A DNA stretch of 64,000 nt, from assembly GCA_902535155.1 (NCBI GenBank), contig CACASB010000001.1:67358-131357 (forward strand), written 5' to 3'. The notes beneath the pieces were generated by a model. That model was not told where the DNA came from, did not search any database, and saw nothing but the letters and a program-made list of their open reading frames with translations. A program made the position numbers and the translations under genes. Numbering within the stretch: the stretch's first letter is position 1; every line of letters begins with the position of its first letter. The stretch comes from an uncultured Pelagibacteraceae bacterium (GTDB taxonomy: Bacteria; Pseudomonadota; Alphaproteobacteria; Pelagibacterales; Pelagibacteraceae). Shown here piece after piece: positions 48,043 through 63,279 of the stretch.

Positions 48043-49144
48043 AGTAAAAAAAAGAAAAATTTTACTTTTACCCGGGGATGGTATCGGTCCAGAAGTAATC
48101 AATGAAGTAAAAAAAATAATTGAATGGTTTAACAAAAATAGATCCCTTGATTTCGAATTAGACCAAGATTTAGTAGGTGGGGCTGCGTATGATAAATTTA
48201 AAACTCCTATTACCGACGAAGTATTTTTTAAAGCTTTAGAATGTGAAGCGGTAATTTTAGGTGCTGTAGGAGGCCCTAAATGGGATAACTTAGATTTTTC
48301 TAAAAAACCAGAAAGAGCATTACTCAAGTTAAGAAAAGAACTTAAACTTTTTGCAAATTTACGACCTGCTATTTGTTTTAAACAGTTAGTTGAGGCCTCT
48401 AGTTTAAAACCTGAAATAGTTTCAGGACTTGATATAATGATCGTAAGAGAATTAACTGGAGGAATTTATTTTGGTGAACCAAGAGGTATAAAACCCATCG
48501 ATAATGGAGAAAGAAAAGGAATTAATACTCACACATATACATCTAAAGAAATTGAGAGAGTTGCAAAAGTTGCTTTTGAATTAGCCAAAAAAAGAAATAA
48601 TAAAGTTACTTCTTGTGAAAAATCAAATGTTATGGAAGCTGGTCAATTGTGGAAAGAAGAAGTAACAGCTCTTCACAAAAAAGATTATAAAGATGTAAAT
48701 TTAGAACACATGCTTGCAGATAACTGCGCTATGCAGTTATTAAGAAATCCAAAACAATTCGATGTAATAGTAACTGATAATTTGTTTGGAGATATGCTCT
48801 CTGATGAAGCGGCAATGCTTACAGGATCATTAGGATTATTGCCTTCGGCATCACTTGGTGCAAAAGATAAAGATGGAAATTTAAGATCAATGTACGAGCC
48901 TGTACATGGTTCTGCTCCAGATATCGCAGGCAAAGGTATTGCTAATCCAATTGCAACAATTTTAAGTTTTTCAATGGCTTTAAAATATTCTTTAAATTTA
49001 GATAAAGAGTCCACAGAATTGGACAATGCAGTTCAGAAAGTCTTAGATGATGGATTAAGGACAAAAGACATTATTTCTGAAGGGAAAAAAGAAGTTTCAA
49101 CCTCCATGATGGGGGATGCGATTATTGCGTGTTTGCAAAAATAA
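48035..49144 (+). CDS. leuB: 3-isopropylmalate dehydrogenase
   Basis: [38 protein letters not shown]. Confidence 0.98.
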   Translation: MIKVKKRKILLLPGDGIGPEVINEVKKIIEWFNKNRSLDFELDQDLVGGAAYDKFKTPITDEVFFKALECEAVILGAVGGPKWDNLDFSKKPERALLKLRKELKLFANLRPAICFKQLVEASSLKPEIVSGLDIMIVRELTGGIYFGEPRGIKPIDNGERKGINTHTYTSKEIERVAKVAFELAKKRNNKVTSCEKSNVMEAGQLWKEEVTALHKKDYKDVNLEHMLADNCAMQLLRNPKQFDVIVTDNLFGDMLSDEAAMLTGSLGLLPSASLGAKDKDGNLRSMYEPVHGSAPDIAGKGIANPIATILSFSMALKYSLNLDKESTELDNAVQKVLDDGLRTKDIISEGKKEVSTSMMGDAIIACLQK

Positions 49145-49176
49145 TTAAATTATCTTAATTTAGGGGTAGTAAAAAA

Positions 49177-50943
49177 ATGACAACTTATACAGCACCAGTT
49201 GAAGATATGATGTTTCTTTTCGAGAAATTGAGAGACAACAAGAATTATAATGACTTGGCAAAGTACAAAGAAGTAAGCCCGGATCTTGTTAAAAATATTT
49301 TAGAGGAAGCTGCGAAAATAAATGAAAACCTAATTTTACCACTTGCAAAGGCAGGTGATGAAAATCCTGCTGTGTTAGAAAATGGTATAGTGAGAACGCC
49401 CCCTGGATACAAAGAGGTTTATCAAAAATACATTGAGGATGGATGGACATCATTATCGTGTGATCCAAAATATGGTGGACAAGGAATGCCAAGAACTGTA
49501 AGTGCTTTTTTTGACGAAATGATATCATCAGCTAGTTTAGCATTTAAACTTTATAGTGAGTTAACACTTGGTGCTTATAACTGTATTCATCATCATGCAT
49601 CAGAAGAAATCAAAAATAAATATCTTCCAAAAATGGTTGAGGGTAAATGGAGTGGCACAATGTGTTTAACAGAGCCAATTTGCGGAACTGATTTAGGTTT
49701 ATTAAAAACAAAAGCAGTAGAGCAACAAGACGGAACTTATAAAATTACTGGACAAAAAATATTCATTACTTCCGGTGACCATGATTTGACAGAAAATATT
49801 ATTCATTTAGTAATTGCTAGAGCAGCAGACTCTCCGAAAGGAACTAAAGGAATAAGTTTATTTTTAGTTCCAAAATTTAATGTAAAAGAAGATGGAACAA
49901 TTGGTACAAGAAATGGAATATCGACAGGTTCAATAGAAACAAAGATGGGTATTAAAGGCTCAGCTACTTGTGTTTTAAATTTTGATGATGCAACCGGGTT
50001 TATGATTGGTCCTAAAAATAAAGGATTAAGCCAGATGTTTACTATGATGAATTTAGAGAGAATAGTTGTTGGAATCCAAGGTTTAGGTATTTCAGAAATA
50101 GCTTATCAGAATTCGTTAAGCTATGCGAAAGAGAGAAAACAAGGAAAAAGTAATAACAATAAATCACAAAATGGAAATGCTGACTTAATTATTGATCATG
50201 CAGATATAAGAAGATCTTTATTAAATATGAAATCAATAATTGAGGGAGAAAGAGCATTATGTTTCTGGTTATCTCAACAAACTGAAGTGAGCTTAAATCA
50301 TAGCGATCAGAAAATTAAACAAGATGCATCTGATATGGTTTCCCTAATGACACCAGTTGTAAAATCATTATTTTCAGACTTAGGGATGGAAATAACAAGT
50401 GATGCGATGCAAATATACGGTGGATATGGTTATACTAAAGATCAAGGTATAGAACAATTATATAGAGATAACAGGATAACTCCAATTTATGAAGGAACTA
50501 ATTCAGTGCAAGCAGCTGATTTAGTTTTTAGAAAATTATCTAATAAAAATGGAAATATAATTAATAAGTTTTTGCAGCTAATGAAATCAGAAATTAATTC
50601 AAATAATGAAAAAATAAAACCGTTTATTAAAGAATTTAATAATTATTTAGATATTCTAAAAATGTTTAGTGAGTGGACTGTTGATAGGACAAAAACGAAC
50701 AAAGATGATGTAAGTGCTGCAGCAAATGACTATTTAAAGACACTCGGATATATTTCAATAGCTTTTGCCTGGATCAAAACTCTTGAGGTAAGTTTCAAAG
50801 ATTATGAAGAAAATAAAAAATTTTATGACGACAAAATAAACACTGCTAAATTTTATTTTGATAAAGTCCTACCCAGAGCTGAACATCACTACAAATCTGC
50901 TATCTCGGGAAGCTCAAATATTATGAATTTTAATTTCAGTTAA
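49177..50943 (+). CDS. dmdC: Acyl-CoA dehydrogenase, 3-methylmercaptopropionyl-CoA dehydrogenase type
   Basis: GTMCLTEP..GTDL, KMGIKGSATC, IYEGTN; in operon with dmdB and dmdA (gene symbol relies on context). Confidence 0.82.
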   Translation: MTTYTAPVEDMMFLFEKLRDNKNYNDLAKYKEVSPDLVKNILEEAAKINENLILPLAKAGDENPAVLENGIVRTPPGYKEVYQKYIEDGWTSLSCDPKYGGQGMPRTVSAFFDEMISSASLAFKLYSELTLGAYNCIHHHASEEIKNKYLPKMVEGKWSGTMCLTEPICGTDLGLLKTKAVEQQDGTYKITGQKIFITSGDHDLTENIIHLVIARAADSPKGTKGISLFLVPKFNVKEDGTIGTRNGISTGSIETKMGIKGSATCVLNFDDATGFMIGPKNKGLSQMFTMMNLERIVVGIQGLGISEIAYQNSLSYAKERKQGKSNNNKSQNGNADLIIDHADIRRSLLNMKSIIEGERALCFWLSQQTEVSLNHSDQKIKQDASDMVSLMTPVVKSLFSDLGMEITSDAMQIYGGYGYTKDQGIEQLYRDNRITPIYEGTNSVQAADLVFRKLSNKNGNIINKFLQLMKSEINSNNEKIKPFIKEFNNYLDILKMFSEWTVDRTKTNKDDVSAAANDYLKTLGYISIAFAWIKTLEVSFKDYEENKKFYDDKINTAKFYFDKVLPRAEHHYKSAISGSSNIMNFNFS

Positions 50944-50946
50944 AAA

Positions 50947-52575
50947 ATGAGTCATTACGACACTAACTTAGATAAAAATAACGCAAATTATGTCCCTTTA
51001 ACTCCACTAAGTTTTCTAGAGAGAGCAAAAGATATTTATCCAGACTACGAAGCCTTAATCTACGAAGATAGGTCTTATACATGGGATCAAATTTATAAAA
51101 GATGTACTAAATTTGCGAGCGCACTAGAGAAGATTGGTATTAAAGAAGGAGATACCGTTTCAGTGATGGCTTTTAATACGCCTGAAATTTTTGAAACACA
51201 TTATTCTGTGCCTATGACTGGAGCAGTTTTAAACACTATAAATACAAGATTAGATGCAAAAACAGTTGCCTATATTATTGATCATAGTGAAGCGAAAGTA
51301 TTAATTGTTGATAGACAACTTCATTCAGTTTTAAGTAAAGCTCTAGAACTAGCAAAAAACAAACCTTTAATAATTGATATCTATGATAAATTCGCTGATC
51401 AATCATTGCTGAAACAAATTGGTGAAAAAGAGTATGAAGATTTTTTAAGCACTGGTGACGAAAATTATGTTTGGAAGAGACCAAAAGATGAGTGGCAGGC
51501 AATATCACTTAGTTATACTTCAGGAACAACTGGTAATCCTAAAGGTGTTGTCTATCACCACAGAGGTTCCTACTTGATGTCTACTGGAAGTGCTATTGCA
51601 TGGAATATGCCTAATAGATTAAATTTTTTAACAGTTGTTCCAATGTTTCATTGCAATGGATGGGGATACCCATGGACAATTCCAATGTTAAACGGCAGGA
51701 CAATTTGTTTAAGAGCAATTGATATTAAAAAAATATTTGAATTGATTGACAAATTTAAGATTACCCATTTTGGTGGAGCGCCGATCGTTTTAAATATGAT
51801 TACCGGTGCCTCTGAAAGTGATCGTAAAAAGCTAAATCATAAAGTTTACGTTTTAACAGCTGGAGCGCCACCTCCAAGTATAATATTTAAAAAAATGGAA
51901 GCCCTGGGGTTTGAGGTAATGCATGTCTATGGTCTTACCGAAACTTATGGACACATACTTCAATGTGCATGGAACGAAAGTTGGGATTCATTTGATGAAG
52001 ACAAGAAAAATGAAATTAAAGCTAGGCAAGGTGTGAGGTATCCAAATACTGAGGATGTTATAGTAATGGATCCTGAAAGTATGAAGCCCGTACCAAAAGA
52101 TGCAAAAACTATTGGAGAGATCATGATTAAAGGCAATATTGTTATGAAAGGTTATTTTAGAGACAAAGATGCGACTGATAAGGCAATGTCCCATGGATGG
52201 TTTCATTCTGGAGACTTAGCTGTCGTAAATCCCGATGGGTATATAAAAATAAAAGACAGATCTAAAGATATAATTATTTCGGGGGGAGAAAACATTTCCT
52301 CTATAGAAATTGAAAATACTTTATCCAAACACCCATCTGTTTCAATTGCAGCTGTTGTGGCTAAACCCGATGAAAAGTGGGGAGAAGTCCCTTGTGCTTT
52401 TATCGAAAAAGTTAAAGATAAAGAAGTAAGTGAAAAAGAATTAATAGATTTTTGTAGAGAAACCTTAGCAGGCTTTAAAATACCAAAAAAAGTTGAATTT
52501 TGTGAGCTTCCAAAAACCTCGACTGGTAAAATTCAAAAATTTGAGCTTAGAAAAAAGGCCAAGGAAATAAATTGA
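50947..52575 (+). CDS. dmdB: Acyl-CoA synthetase, 3-methylmercaptopropionate-CoA ligase type
   Basis: YTSGTTGNPKG, PMFHCNGW, YGLTE, PKTSTGK; context of dmdA. Confidence 0.82.
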   Translation: MSHYDTNLDKNNANYVPLTPLSFLERAKDIYPDYEALIYEDRSYTWDQIYKRCTKFASALEKIGIKEGDTVSVMAFNTPEIFETHYSVPMTGAVLNTINTRLDAKTVAYIIDHSEAKVLIVDRQLHSVLSKALELAKNKPLIIDIYDKFADQSLLKQIGEKEYEDFLSTGDENYVWKRPKDEWQAISLSYTSGTTGNPKGVVYHHRGSYLMSTGSAIAWNMPNRLNFLTVVPMFHCNGWGYPWTIPMLNGRTICLRAIDIKKIFELIDKFKITHFGGAPIVLNMITGASESDRKKLNHKVYVLTAGAPPPSIIFKKMEALGFEVMHVYGLTETYGHILQCAWNESWDSFDEDKKNEIKARQGVRYPNTEDVIVMDPESMKPVPKDAKTIGEIMIKGNIVMKGYFRDKDATDKAMSHGWFHSGDLAVVNPDGYIKIKDRSKDIIISGGENISSIEIENTLSKHPSVSIAAVVAKPDEKWGEVPCAFIEKVKDKEVSEKELIDFCRETLAGFKIPKKVEFCELPKTSTGKIQKFELRKKAKEIN

Positions 52576-53348
52576 TTTTAGAAATTGACAATAAGCAAGT
52601 CTTTGCTTCTAACGCTGGCAAGGACTTAGACAAGAATAAAGAAACTATCTTTTTATTGCATGGCAGTGGGTTAACACATATTGTTTGGTCTCTAACAGAG
52701 CAGTATTTATCAAATAAGAATTACAACATATTGTCTATTGATTTGCCAGGGCACGGAAATTCTGATGGGCCTTGTTTAAATACAATAGAACAAATTTCAG
52801 ATTGGCTAGATTTAGTTCGGGATCATATAAATGTAGATAAAATATCAATCATAGGTCATTCTCAAGGGTGTCTAGAAGCAATAGAATACGGATCAAAATA
52901 TAAGGATCGTGTATCAAAAATGGTACTTCTTGCTGGCTCTTATAAAATGCCGGTAAATCAAGACCTTATAGACTTAGCAGACTCAGGTGACAAAAAAGCT
53001 GTGCACTTGATGATGAAATGGGGATATGAAGGATCAAAAAAATTTATTGGTGGAAACCCAGTTGAAAAAATTATCAATTCGTCAAGAGAGGTTAAAGACA
53101 TACTAGCTGTAGATCTTAAAGCTTGTAATGACTATCTAAATGGCAAGGAGGCTTCAAGCAAAATAGAGTGTCCAACATTTCTAATATTTGGTTCTCTTGA
53201 TAAAATGGTCCCAGCTGAAAATGGAAAAAAATTTGCTGATTTAATAAAAAACTCAAAAATTGAGATTTTAAATGAATGTGGACACATGATTATGTTTGAA
53301 AAAGCTTTTGAAATGAGAGAAAAGGTGTTTGAATTTTTGAAAAAATGA
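52572..53348 (+). CDS. Alpha/beta hydrolase inside the dmd operon
   Basis: LHGSG, DLPGHG, GHSQG nucleophile, D and CGH triad residues; overlaps both neighbours by 4 nt. Confidence 0.88.
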   Translation: MILEIDNKQVFASNAGKDLDKNKETIFLLHGSGLTHIVWSLTEQYLSNKNYNILSIDLPGHGNSDGPCLNTIEQISDWLDLVRDHINVDKISIIGHSQGCLEAIEYGSKYKDRVSKMVLLAGSYKMPVNQDLIDLADSGDKKAVHLMMKWGYEGSKKFIGGNPVEKIINSSREVKDILAVDLKACNDYLNGKEASSKIECPTFLIFGSLDKMVPAENGKKFADLIKNSKIEILNECGHMIMFEKAFEMREKVFEFLKK

Positions 53349-54454
53349 AAAACTTTCCAATTGTAAAATCAAGAAGATTAAGAAGTACTCCTTATACTGA
53401 CAGAGTAGAAGCTCAAGGTGTAACTGGTTATACAGTCTATAACCATATGTTACTTCCAGTTTCATTTAAATCAATTGAGTCGGACTATGAACATCTAAAA
53501 AAATTTGTGCAAGTTTGGGATGTTGCAGCAGAAAGACAAGTGCAAATCTCCGGCAAAGACTCAGCAAAATTAGTTCAATTAATGACATGTAGAGATTTGT
53601 CAAAATCACAAGTAGGAAAATGTTATTATGCACCTTTAATTGATGATCAAGCAAATTTAGTAAATGACCCAATAATAAATAAACTTGCAGATGATAAATG
53701 GTGGCTTTCGATAGCCGATTCAGATGTGATATTTTTTGCAAAAGGTTTAGCTGCTGGTAATAAGTTCGACGTAGAGATAACAGAACCAAACGTAAATATT
53801 TTAGCTGTTCAAGGACCTTTGTCCGATAACCTTATGGCAAAAATATTTGGTGAAGAAATTAGACAGTTAAAATTTTTTAATTTTAAATATTATGAATTTA
53901 AAGGGAACAAATATTTTATTGCTAGATCTGGTTGGTCCAAACAAAGTGGTTTTGAAATATATGTTGAAGAAAATAAAGCTGGCCAAGATTTGTTTGATTA
54001 TCTATTTGAATATGGAAAAGAATTCAATGTTAAAGCAGGATGTCCGAATTTAATAGAAAGAATAGAGTCAGCTTTATTATCTTACGGAAATGATTTTGAT
54101 AACAGAGATAATCCGTTTGAAGCAAATTTTGATAAGTTTGTTAATTTAGAGTCGGATGTAAATTTTTTGGGTAAAGAAAAATTAAAGAAAATTAAGCAAA
54201 ACGGTATTAAAAGAAAATTAATGGGTGTTAAGATTGATCATAATAAAATTGATATGTATTGTGAAAAAACATTATATGATGATGATAATAATGTAGTTGG
54301 TCAAGTCAGGTCTGCAGCATATTCCCCTACATTTAAAAAAGTGATTGGAATTGCAATGATCAATAAACCTTATTGGGATGCAAAACATCAATTTAAAATT
54401 GATATTAATGAAAAAATATTTTTAGGAACAGTTTGCGATTTACCTTTCATTTAG
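53345..54454 (+). CDS. dmdA: DMSP demethylase
   Basis: GcvT-family protein with [44 protein letters not shown] characteristic of DmdA. Confidence 0.93.
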   Translation: MKNFPIVKSRRLRSTPYTDRVEAQGVTGYTVYNHMLLPVSFKSIESDYEHLKKFVQVWDVAAERQVQISGKDSAKLVQLMTCRDLSKSQVGKCYYAPLIDDQANLVNDPIINKLADDKWWLSIADSDVIFFAKGLAAGNKFDVEITEPNVNILAVQGPLSDNLMAKIFGEEIRQLKFFNFKYYEFKGNKYFIARSGWSKQSGFEIYVEENKAGQDLFDYLFEYGKEFNVKAGCPNLIERIESALLSYGNDFDNRDNPFEANFDKFVNLESDVNFLGKEKLKKIKQNGIKRKLMGVKIDHNKIDMYCEKTLYDDDNNVVGQVRSAAYSPTFKKVIGIAMINKPYWDAKHQFKIDINEKIFLGTVCDLPFI

Positions 54455-54469
54455 TATAACTTAATCAAC

Positions 54470-55462
54470 ATGAATATAGCAATTGTAGGAGCAACAGGAA
54501 ATGTTGGAAGAAAAATTATAGAAATTTTGGAAAGAAAAAACTTTTCAGTAACTAATCTATACCTTCTAGCATCTTCTAAAAGTTTAGGGTCAAAAATTAT
54601 ATTTAAGGATAAGGAAATTGAAGTAAGCAACCTTGAGAACTTTGATTTTTCAAAAGCTGACATCACATTTTTTTCTGCAGGTGGAAAAATTTCAGAAAAA
54701 TATGTTCCTATAGCAGCAAAACATACAGTTGTTATAGACAATTCAAGCTATTTTAGAATGGACCCGGATGTCCCTTTAATTGTTCCCCAAGTCAATTCTA
54801 AAGAAATAATAAATATGAAAAAAAATATTATAGCTAATCCCAATTGTTCAACTGCTCAACTTGTAATAGTTTTAAAAAATCTGAATGATACTTTTAAAAT
54901 TAAAAGATTGGTAATATCAACTTATCAGTCTACATCAGGTGCTGGAAAAAGGTCTATGGATGAGCTTCTCGACCAAACAAAAAAAATTCTTGAAAATAAA
55001 AAAGTTAAAAGTGAAAATTTTACTAAACAAATAGCATTTAACGCAATACCACACATAGATAAATTTAGTACAGATGGATATACGAAAGAAGAAATTAAAA
55101 TGATACAAGAGTCTAATAAAATTCTAGGATCAAATATAGATATTACAGCGACTTGTGTAAGAATTCCTGTTTTAATATCACATGCAGAATCTGTTAATAT
55201 TGAGTTTGAAAATGAGGCTTCAATTGATAAAGTTAGAGAAATTTTAATTCAATCACCTGGGTGTAAAGTAATTGATGATAGGAATGATGGTGGATATATT
55301 ACCCCGGTAGAAGCTGAAGGAAAAAATGAAACTTTTATTTCTAGAATTAGAAAAGATAATAGTAAAAAAAATGCTGTTAACATGTGGATAGTTTCAGACA
55401 ATTTATTAAGAGGGGCGGCTTTAAATGCAGTGGAAATTGCAGAGGCATACGTTAAAAATTAA
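54470..55462 (+). CDS. asd: Aspartate-semialdehyde dehydrogenase
   Basis: GATGNVG, IANPNCST, TYQSTSGAG, DNLLRGAALN. Confidence 0.97.
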   Translation: MNIAIVGATGNVGRKIIEILERKNFSVTNLYLLASSKSLGSKIIFKDKEIEVSNLENFDFSKADITFFSAGGKISEKYVPIAAKHTVVIDNSSYFRMDPDVPLIVPQVNSKEIINMKKNIIANPNCSTAQLVIVLKNLNDTFKIKRLVISTYQSTSGAGKRSMDELLDQTKKILENKKVKSENFTKQIAFNAIPHIDKFSTDGYTKEEIKMIQESNKILGSNIDITATCVRIPVLISHAESVNIEFENEASIDKVREILIQSPGCKVIDDRNDGGYITPVEAEGKNETFISRIRKDNSKKNAVNMWIVSDNLLRGAALNAVEIAEAYVKN

Positions 55463-55464
55463 TA

Positions 55465-55848
55465 ATGAAAGATAACAATCCTATATCTCCACACATACAA
55501 ATTTATAATTGGCATATTTCATCACTTGTATCAATCTCTCACAGAATTACAGGAGTTTTAAATTATTTATTGTTAATACTTGTTTGTTTTTGGGTGATTA
55601 GCCTGATATTTGGTCCAGAAAATTATCAATACTTTAAAATATTTTCAAAGTCGATTGTAGGTAAGTTTTTTATTATTGGATTTATTTGGTCATATATATT
55701 TCAGATTTTAAGTGAAATCAGACATTGGTTCTGGGATATGGGTTATGGTTTTGAATTGAAAACAACAAAGATAACAGGTGTATTAGTAATATTAGGATCA
55801 TTTACTTTGACAATAGTATTATATCTACTCAATGGAGTTTTGATTTAA
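55465..55848 (+). CDS. sdhC: Succinate dehydrogenase cytochrome b556 subunit
   Basis: PISPHIQIY, SISHRITG, IRH..WD.G. Confidence 0.93.
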   Translation: MKDNNPISPHIQIYNWHISSLVSISHRITGVLNYLLLILVCFWVISLIFGPENYQYFKIFSKSIVGKFFIIGFIWSYIFQILSEIRHWFWDMGYGFELKTTKITGVLVILGSFTLTIVLYLLNGVLI

Positions 55849-56171
55849 TGTTACAAGCTACAAAAAAGTGGATATTTCAAAAGATTGGTTCTGTGATTAT
55901 GGTACCTTTTATGATTTGGTTTTTGATAAATATTATTTCAATATTCAGTGGAAGTTACGATGAAGTTATCAATTTTTTTACCTCTCAGCCTTCTAAAATA
56001 TTGTTTTCTATTTTTATAGTAAGTATGTTTTTTTACTCAGCGCTAAGTATAAGTGAGATATTTGAAGACTATATTAAGCACGAAAATGCAAAAAAATACG
56101 CAAATTTGGGTGTTTTTTTGTCATCTTTAATTATCCCGATAATTACAATAATTACTATAATATATTTATAA
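55848..56171 (+). CDS. sdhD: Succinate dehydrogenase hydrophobic anchor
   Basis: Three TMs, EDY motif, position between sdhC and sdhA. Confidence 0.88.
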   Translation: MLQATKKWIFQKIGSVIMVPFMIWFLINIISIFSGSYDEVINFFTSQPSKILFSIFIVSMFFYSALSISEIFEDYIKHENAKKYANLGVFLSSLIIPIITIITIIYL

Positions 56172-56174
56172 ATT

Positions 56175-57950
56175 ATGAAATCTTACAAAATAATTGATCA
56201 CGAATATGATGTAGTTGTATTAGGTGCCGGAGGCTCTGGCCTAAGGGCAGCTGTTGGATTAAGTGAAGCGGGACTCAAGACAGCTTGTATCTCGAAAGTT
56301 TTTCCAACTAGAAGCCACACATCTGCAGCTCAAGGTGGAATATCTGCAGCTCTGGGCAATATGGGTGAAGATGATTGGCGTTGGCATATGTATGATACAG
56401 TTAAAGGAGCAGACTGGTTAGGTGATCAAGACTGTATAGAGTATCTTTGTAAGGAAGCTCCAAGAGCTGTTTTGGAATTAGAAAAATATGGTGTTCCTTT
56501 TAGTAGAACAGATGATGGTAAAATTTATCAAAGACCCTTTGGTGGAATGACAAAGAATTATGGCAATGAACCAGTTCAAAGAACGTGTGCAGCAGCAGAT
56601 AGAACTGGTCATGCAATTCTACACACCCTATATGGTCAAGCTTTAAAACATAACACTGAGTTTTTTATTGAATATTTTGCTTTAGATCTTTTAATGAAAG
56701 ATGGTGCATGCAAAGGTTTAATTGCTTGGAATTTAAATGATGGCACAATCCATAGATTTAGATCTCATGTTACAATAATAGCAACAGGTGGTTACGGAAA
56801 AGTTTATTATTCAGCAACTTCTGCACATACTTGTACTGGTGATGGAAATGCTATGGTTTTAAGAGCAGGGCTACCTCTACAAGATATGGAGTTTGTACAA
56901 TTTCATCCAACAGGTATTTATGGTCACGGAACTTTAATATCAGAAGGAGTTAGAGGTGAGGGAGGTTATCTATTAAACTCTAAAGGTGAAAGATTTATGG
57001 AGAGATATGCTCCTAAAGCAAAAGATTTAGCTTCAAGGGATGTTGTTAGCAGATCTATTGCCGTTGAGATAAACGAAGGAAGAGGAGTTGGTAAGGATAA
57101 AGATCACGTTCATTTACATTTAGATCACCTAGACAAAGAAGTTATAGAAGAAAGATTACCTGGAATATCAGAGTCTTCAAGACTATTTGCGAACGTTGAT
57201 GTTACTAAAGAACCAATACCAGTAGTACCAACTGTTCATTATAATATGGGAGGTATACCTACTAATTATAAAGCGGAAGTTCTTACGCTTAATGGTTCTG
57301 AAAAAACAGTACCAGGATTAATGGCTATCGGCGAGGCCGCATGTGTATCTGTTCATGGAGCGAATAGATTGGGATCTAATTCATTAATTGATTTAGTTGT
57401 TTTTGGTAGAGCAGCTGCAAAAAGAGCATCTGAATTAGTAAAATCTGGTCAACCTCATGAAGATATTTCAGAGTCAGAGACTGATAAATGTCTGGCAAGA
57501 TTTGATAAACTTAGAAACTCTAGTGGTTCTAATAATACAGCAGATTTAAGACTTTCAATGCAAAAAACAATGCAGTCGAAATGTGCAGTTTTTAGAACTG
57601 AAAAAACATTAAAAGAAGGTGTTGACCAAATAAGAAAACCCTTTGAAGGTATGGATGATCTATCAGTTAAAGATAAATCTTTAATTTTTAATACAGATTT
57701 AGTTGAAACATTGGAATTTGACAATTTAATTAGACAGGCTATCACAACAATGGACTCTGCTTACCATAGAAAAGAAAGTAGAGGAGCTCATGCTAGAGAG
57801 GATTATCCAAAAAGAAATGATGAGAAATATATGCAACACACATTATCATGGTGTGAGGGCAAAAAGACTAAAATAGATTATAGACCAGTCCACAGATCAA
57901 CTCTAACAAACGATGTACAGTATTTTCCACCACAAGAAAGAATCTACTGA
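56175..57950 (+). CDS. sdhA: Succinate dehydrogenase flavoprotein
   Basis: [33 protein letters not shown]. Confidence 0.98.
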   Translation: MKSYKIIDHEYDVVVLGAGGSGLRAAVGLSEAGLKTACISKVFPTRSHTSAAQGGISAALGNMGEDDWRWHMYDTVKGADWLGDQDCIEYLCKEAPRAVLELEKYGVPFSRTDDGKIYQRPFGGMTKNYGNEPVQRTCAAADRTGHAILHTLYGQALKHNTEFFIEYFALDLLMKDGACKGLIAWNLNDGTIHRFRSHVTIIATGGYGKVYYSATSAHTCTGDGNAMVLRAGLPLQDMEFVQFHPTGIYGHGTLISEGVRGEGGYLLNSKGERFMERYAPKAKDLASRDVVSRSIAVEINEGRGVGKDKDHVHLHLDHLDKEVIEERLPGISESSRLFANVDVTKEPIPVVPTVHYNMGGIPTNYKAEVLTLNGSEKTVPGLMAIGEAACVSVHGANRLGSNSLIDLVVFGRAAAKRASELVKSGQPHEDISESETDKCLARFDKLRNSSGSNNTADLRLSMQKTMQSKCAVFRTEKTLKEGVDQIRKPFEGMDDLSVKDKSLIFNTDLVETLEFDNLIRQAITTMDSAYHRKESRGAHAREDYPKRNDEKYMQHTLSWCEGKKTKIDYRPVHRSTLTNDVQYFPPQERIY

Positions 57951-58723
57951 TGGTTCAAATAAGTTTACCCAAGAATTCAAAGCTTGAAAAAGGTAAATAT
58001 TATAAGGATAAAACTGGCTCTAATAATTTAAGAAAAGTTAACATTTATAGATGGGATCCATCCACTGGCGAGAATCCTAGAATCGATACATATGAAGTTG
58101 ATATGAATAATTGTCCATCCAAAGTTCTAGATGTTCTAAATAAAATTAAAAATGAAATTGATCCCTCTATTGCTTATAGAAGATCTTGCGCACATGGTGT
58201 TTGTGGTTCTTGCGCAATGAACATGGATGGAAAAAATGGTTTGGCATGTACCAAACCTCATTCAGAGATAAAAGGAGATATAAATATTTACCCTTTGCCA
58301 CATTTAAAAGTGTTAAAAGACTTAATCGGAGATTTGAGTACACTTTATAAACAATACCAATCAGTTGAACCGTGGTTAAAAAATTCGAATAATTCTGGTA
58401 ATACCGAAAACTTACAGTCTAAGGAAGATAGAGCTAAATTGGATGGTCTTTATGAGTGTATTATGTGCGCGTGCTGTTCTACAGCTTGCCCTAGCTATTG
58501 GTGGAATGGAGATAAATATCTTGGTCCAGCCGTTCTACTTCAAGCTTACAGATGGATAATAGACTCAAGAGATGAGGATAGAAAAGCAAGATTAAAAAAA
58601 GTGGCTGATGAGTTAAAATTATATAGGTGTCATACAATCATGAACTGTACAAATGCATGTCCAAAAGGTCTTAATCCTGCAAAAGCTATAGCATCTATAA
58701 AGAAAATGCTTGCAACAAGTTAA
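57950..58723 (+). CDS. sdhB: Succinate dehydrogenase iron-sulfur subunit
   Basis: [34 protein letters not shown]. Confidence 0.98.
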   Translation: MVQISLPKNSKLEKGKYYKDKTGSNNLRKVNIYRWDPSTGENPRIDTYEVDMNNCPSKVLDVLNKIKNEIDPSIAYRRSCAHGVCGSCAMNMDGKNGLACTKPHSEIKGDINIYPLPHLKVLKDLIGDLSTLYKQYQSVEPWLKNSNNSGNTENLQSKEDRAKLDGLYECIMCACCSTACPSYWWNGDKYLGPAVLLQAYRWIIDSRDEDRKARLKKVADELKLYRCHTIMNCTNACPKGLNPAKAIASIKKMLATS

Positions 58724-58741
58724 TTAGTTAATTAAATATTT

Positions 58742-61208
<2,467 letters not shown>

Positions 61209-61209
<1 letters not shown>

Positions 61210-62369
61210 TGAATATCCACGAACATCAAGCAAAACAAATTTTAAAAAAGTATGGTGCAAATGTTCCCATAGGCGATTTTGCCTTCACAGTAGACGAGTT
61301 GATTGAAAAAGCAAAAAAGATTAAAACCGAAAAATATGTTTTAAAAGCACAGATACATGCTGGAGGCAGAGGTAAAGCTGGAGGTGTTAAAATACTTAAT
61401 AATATTGAAGAATTAACAAATGCCGCAAAAGAGATGTTGGGAAAGACTCTTATTACTCATCAAACTGGTCCAAACGGTAAAGAGGTGAAAAGACTTTATA
61501 TAGAAGAATCATCAAAGATTAAAAAAGAATTTTATTTATCATGTCTTATTGATAGAGCAAGTTCAAAAATCGCTTTTATTTCAAGTGATCAAGGAGGTAT
61601 GGACATCGAAGAAGTAGCACAAAAAAATCCTGAAAAAATTATTACCACTAAAGTAGATTATTACGAGGATATAGACGAAGAATTTTGTAAAAAAATAATT
61701 AAAATTTTTAATTTAAAGGGTAAAACAGAGATACAAGGAATAAATTTAATAAAATCAATTTATAGAATGTTCATATCTACTGATGCAAACCTGGTAGAAA
61801 TTAATCCATTAATATTAACCGAAGATGATAATTTAATTTGCTTGGATGCAAAAATGAATTTTGATGACAATTCTATTTTTAGACAGCCAGAAATTCAAAG
61901 TTTGAGAGATTTAAATGAAGAAGACCCATCAGAAATTGAAGCAAGTAAACATGATTTGGCTTATATAAAATTAGATGGATCGATTGGCTGTATGGTCAAT
62001 GGAGCAGGCTTAGCAATGGCTACCATGGATATAATTAAATTATTTGGACAAGAGCCAGCAAATTTCTTAGACGTTGGTGGTGGAGCTTCAAAAGAAAAAG
62101 TTTCAGCAGCATTTAAAATTATACTCTCAGATCCAAACGTTAAAGGAATATTAATAAATATTTTTGGAGGAATTATGAGATGTGATATTCTTGCACAAGG
62201 AGTTGTTGAAGCAGCAAAAGAAATTAATATTGATGTACCACTTGTAGTCAGGTTAGCTGGAACAAATTATAAAGAAGGTAAATTAATTTTAGATAATTCT
62301 GGATTAAAAATTATTTCGGCGTCAGACTTATCAGATGCTGCAAACAAAATTGTAAAAGCAATAAAATAA
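61209..62369 (+). CDS. sucC: Succinyl-CoA ligase beta subunit
   Basis: [38 protein letters not shown]. Confidence 0.98.
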
Positions 62370-63244
62370 TGTCTATTTTAGTTGACAAAGAAACAAAAGT
62401 AATTTGCCAAGGATTTACAGGATCACATGGTACATTTCACTCTGAGCAAGCCTTAAAGTATGGAACTAATCTTGTTGGTGGCGTAACTCCTAAAAAAGGA
62501 GGTCAAGAACATTTGGGAAGACCAGTTTTTAATACTGTTAAAGAAGCTAAGGATAAAACTGGTGCAAATGCTTCAATGATTTATGTGCCAGCAAAATTTG
62601 CTGCAGTTGCAATAATTGAAGCATTAGATGCTTCTATAGAGTTGATTGTTTGTATCACTGAAGGGATACCAATATTAGATATGTTAAAAGTTAAACAGAA
62701 ATTATCAAAATCTAGATCAAGATTAATTGGGCCTAACTGCCCAGGTATTATTACACCTGATGAATGTAAAATTGGAATAATGCCAGGAAATATTCATAAA
62801 AAAGGAACAGTTGGAATAGTTTCTAGATCAGGCACATTAACTTATGAAGCAGTTGCTCAAACTACAGATAATGGACTGGGCCAATCGACTTGCATCGGTA
62901 TTGGAGGCGACCCAATAAATGGAACGAATTTTATTGATTGTATAGATCTTTTTTTAAAAGACGACAAAACAAAGTCTATACTAATGATCGGAGAAATTGG
63001 TGGATCTGCAGAGGAAGAGGCTGCTGAATTTATTAAAAATCATTCTATCAAAAAGCCTATGGTTGGATTTATTGCAGGAGTTACAGCACCGCCCGGTAGA
63101 AGAATGGGGCATGCTGGAGCAATAATTTCTGGAGGTAAAGGAAGCGCAAAAGACAAAATAAAAACTATGGAAAAAGCAGGTATTACTATCGCTAATTCTC
63201 CTGCTGAGTTAGGCAAAACACTTTTAGATAAATTGTCCCTTTAA
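62369..63244 (+). CDS. sucD: Succinyl-CoA ligase alpha subunit
   Basis: [28 protein letters not shown]. Confidence 0.98.
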   Translation: MSILVDKETKVICQGFTGSHGTFHSEQALKYGTNLVGGVTPKKGGQEHLGRPVFNTVKEAKDKTGANASMIYVPAKFAAVAIIEALDASIELIVCITEGIPILDMLKVKQKLSKSRSRLIGPNCPGIITPDECKIGIMPGNIHKKGTVGIVSRSGTLTYEAVAQTTDNGLGQSTCIGIGGDPINGTNFIDCIDLFLKDDKTKSILMIGEIGGSAEEEAAEFIKNHSIKKPMVGFIAGVTAPPGRRMGHAGAIISGGKGSAKDKIKTMEKAGITIANSPAELGKTLLDKLSL

Positions 63245-63279
63245 ATAAAGGAACTTTGTATTATAACTAATAAATATAA

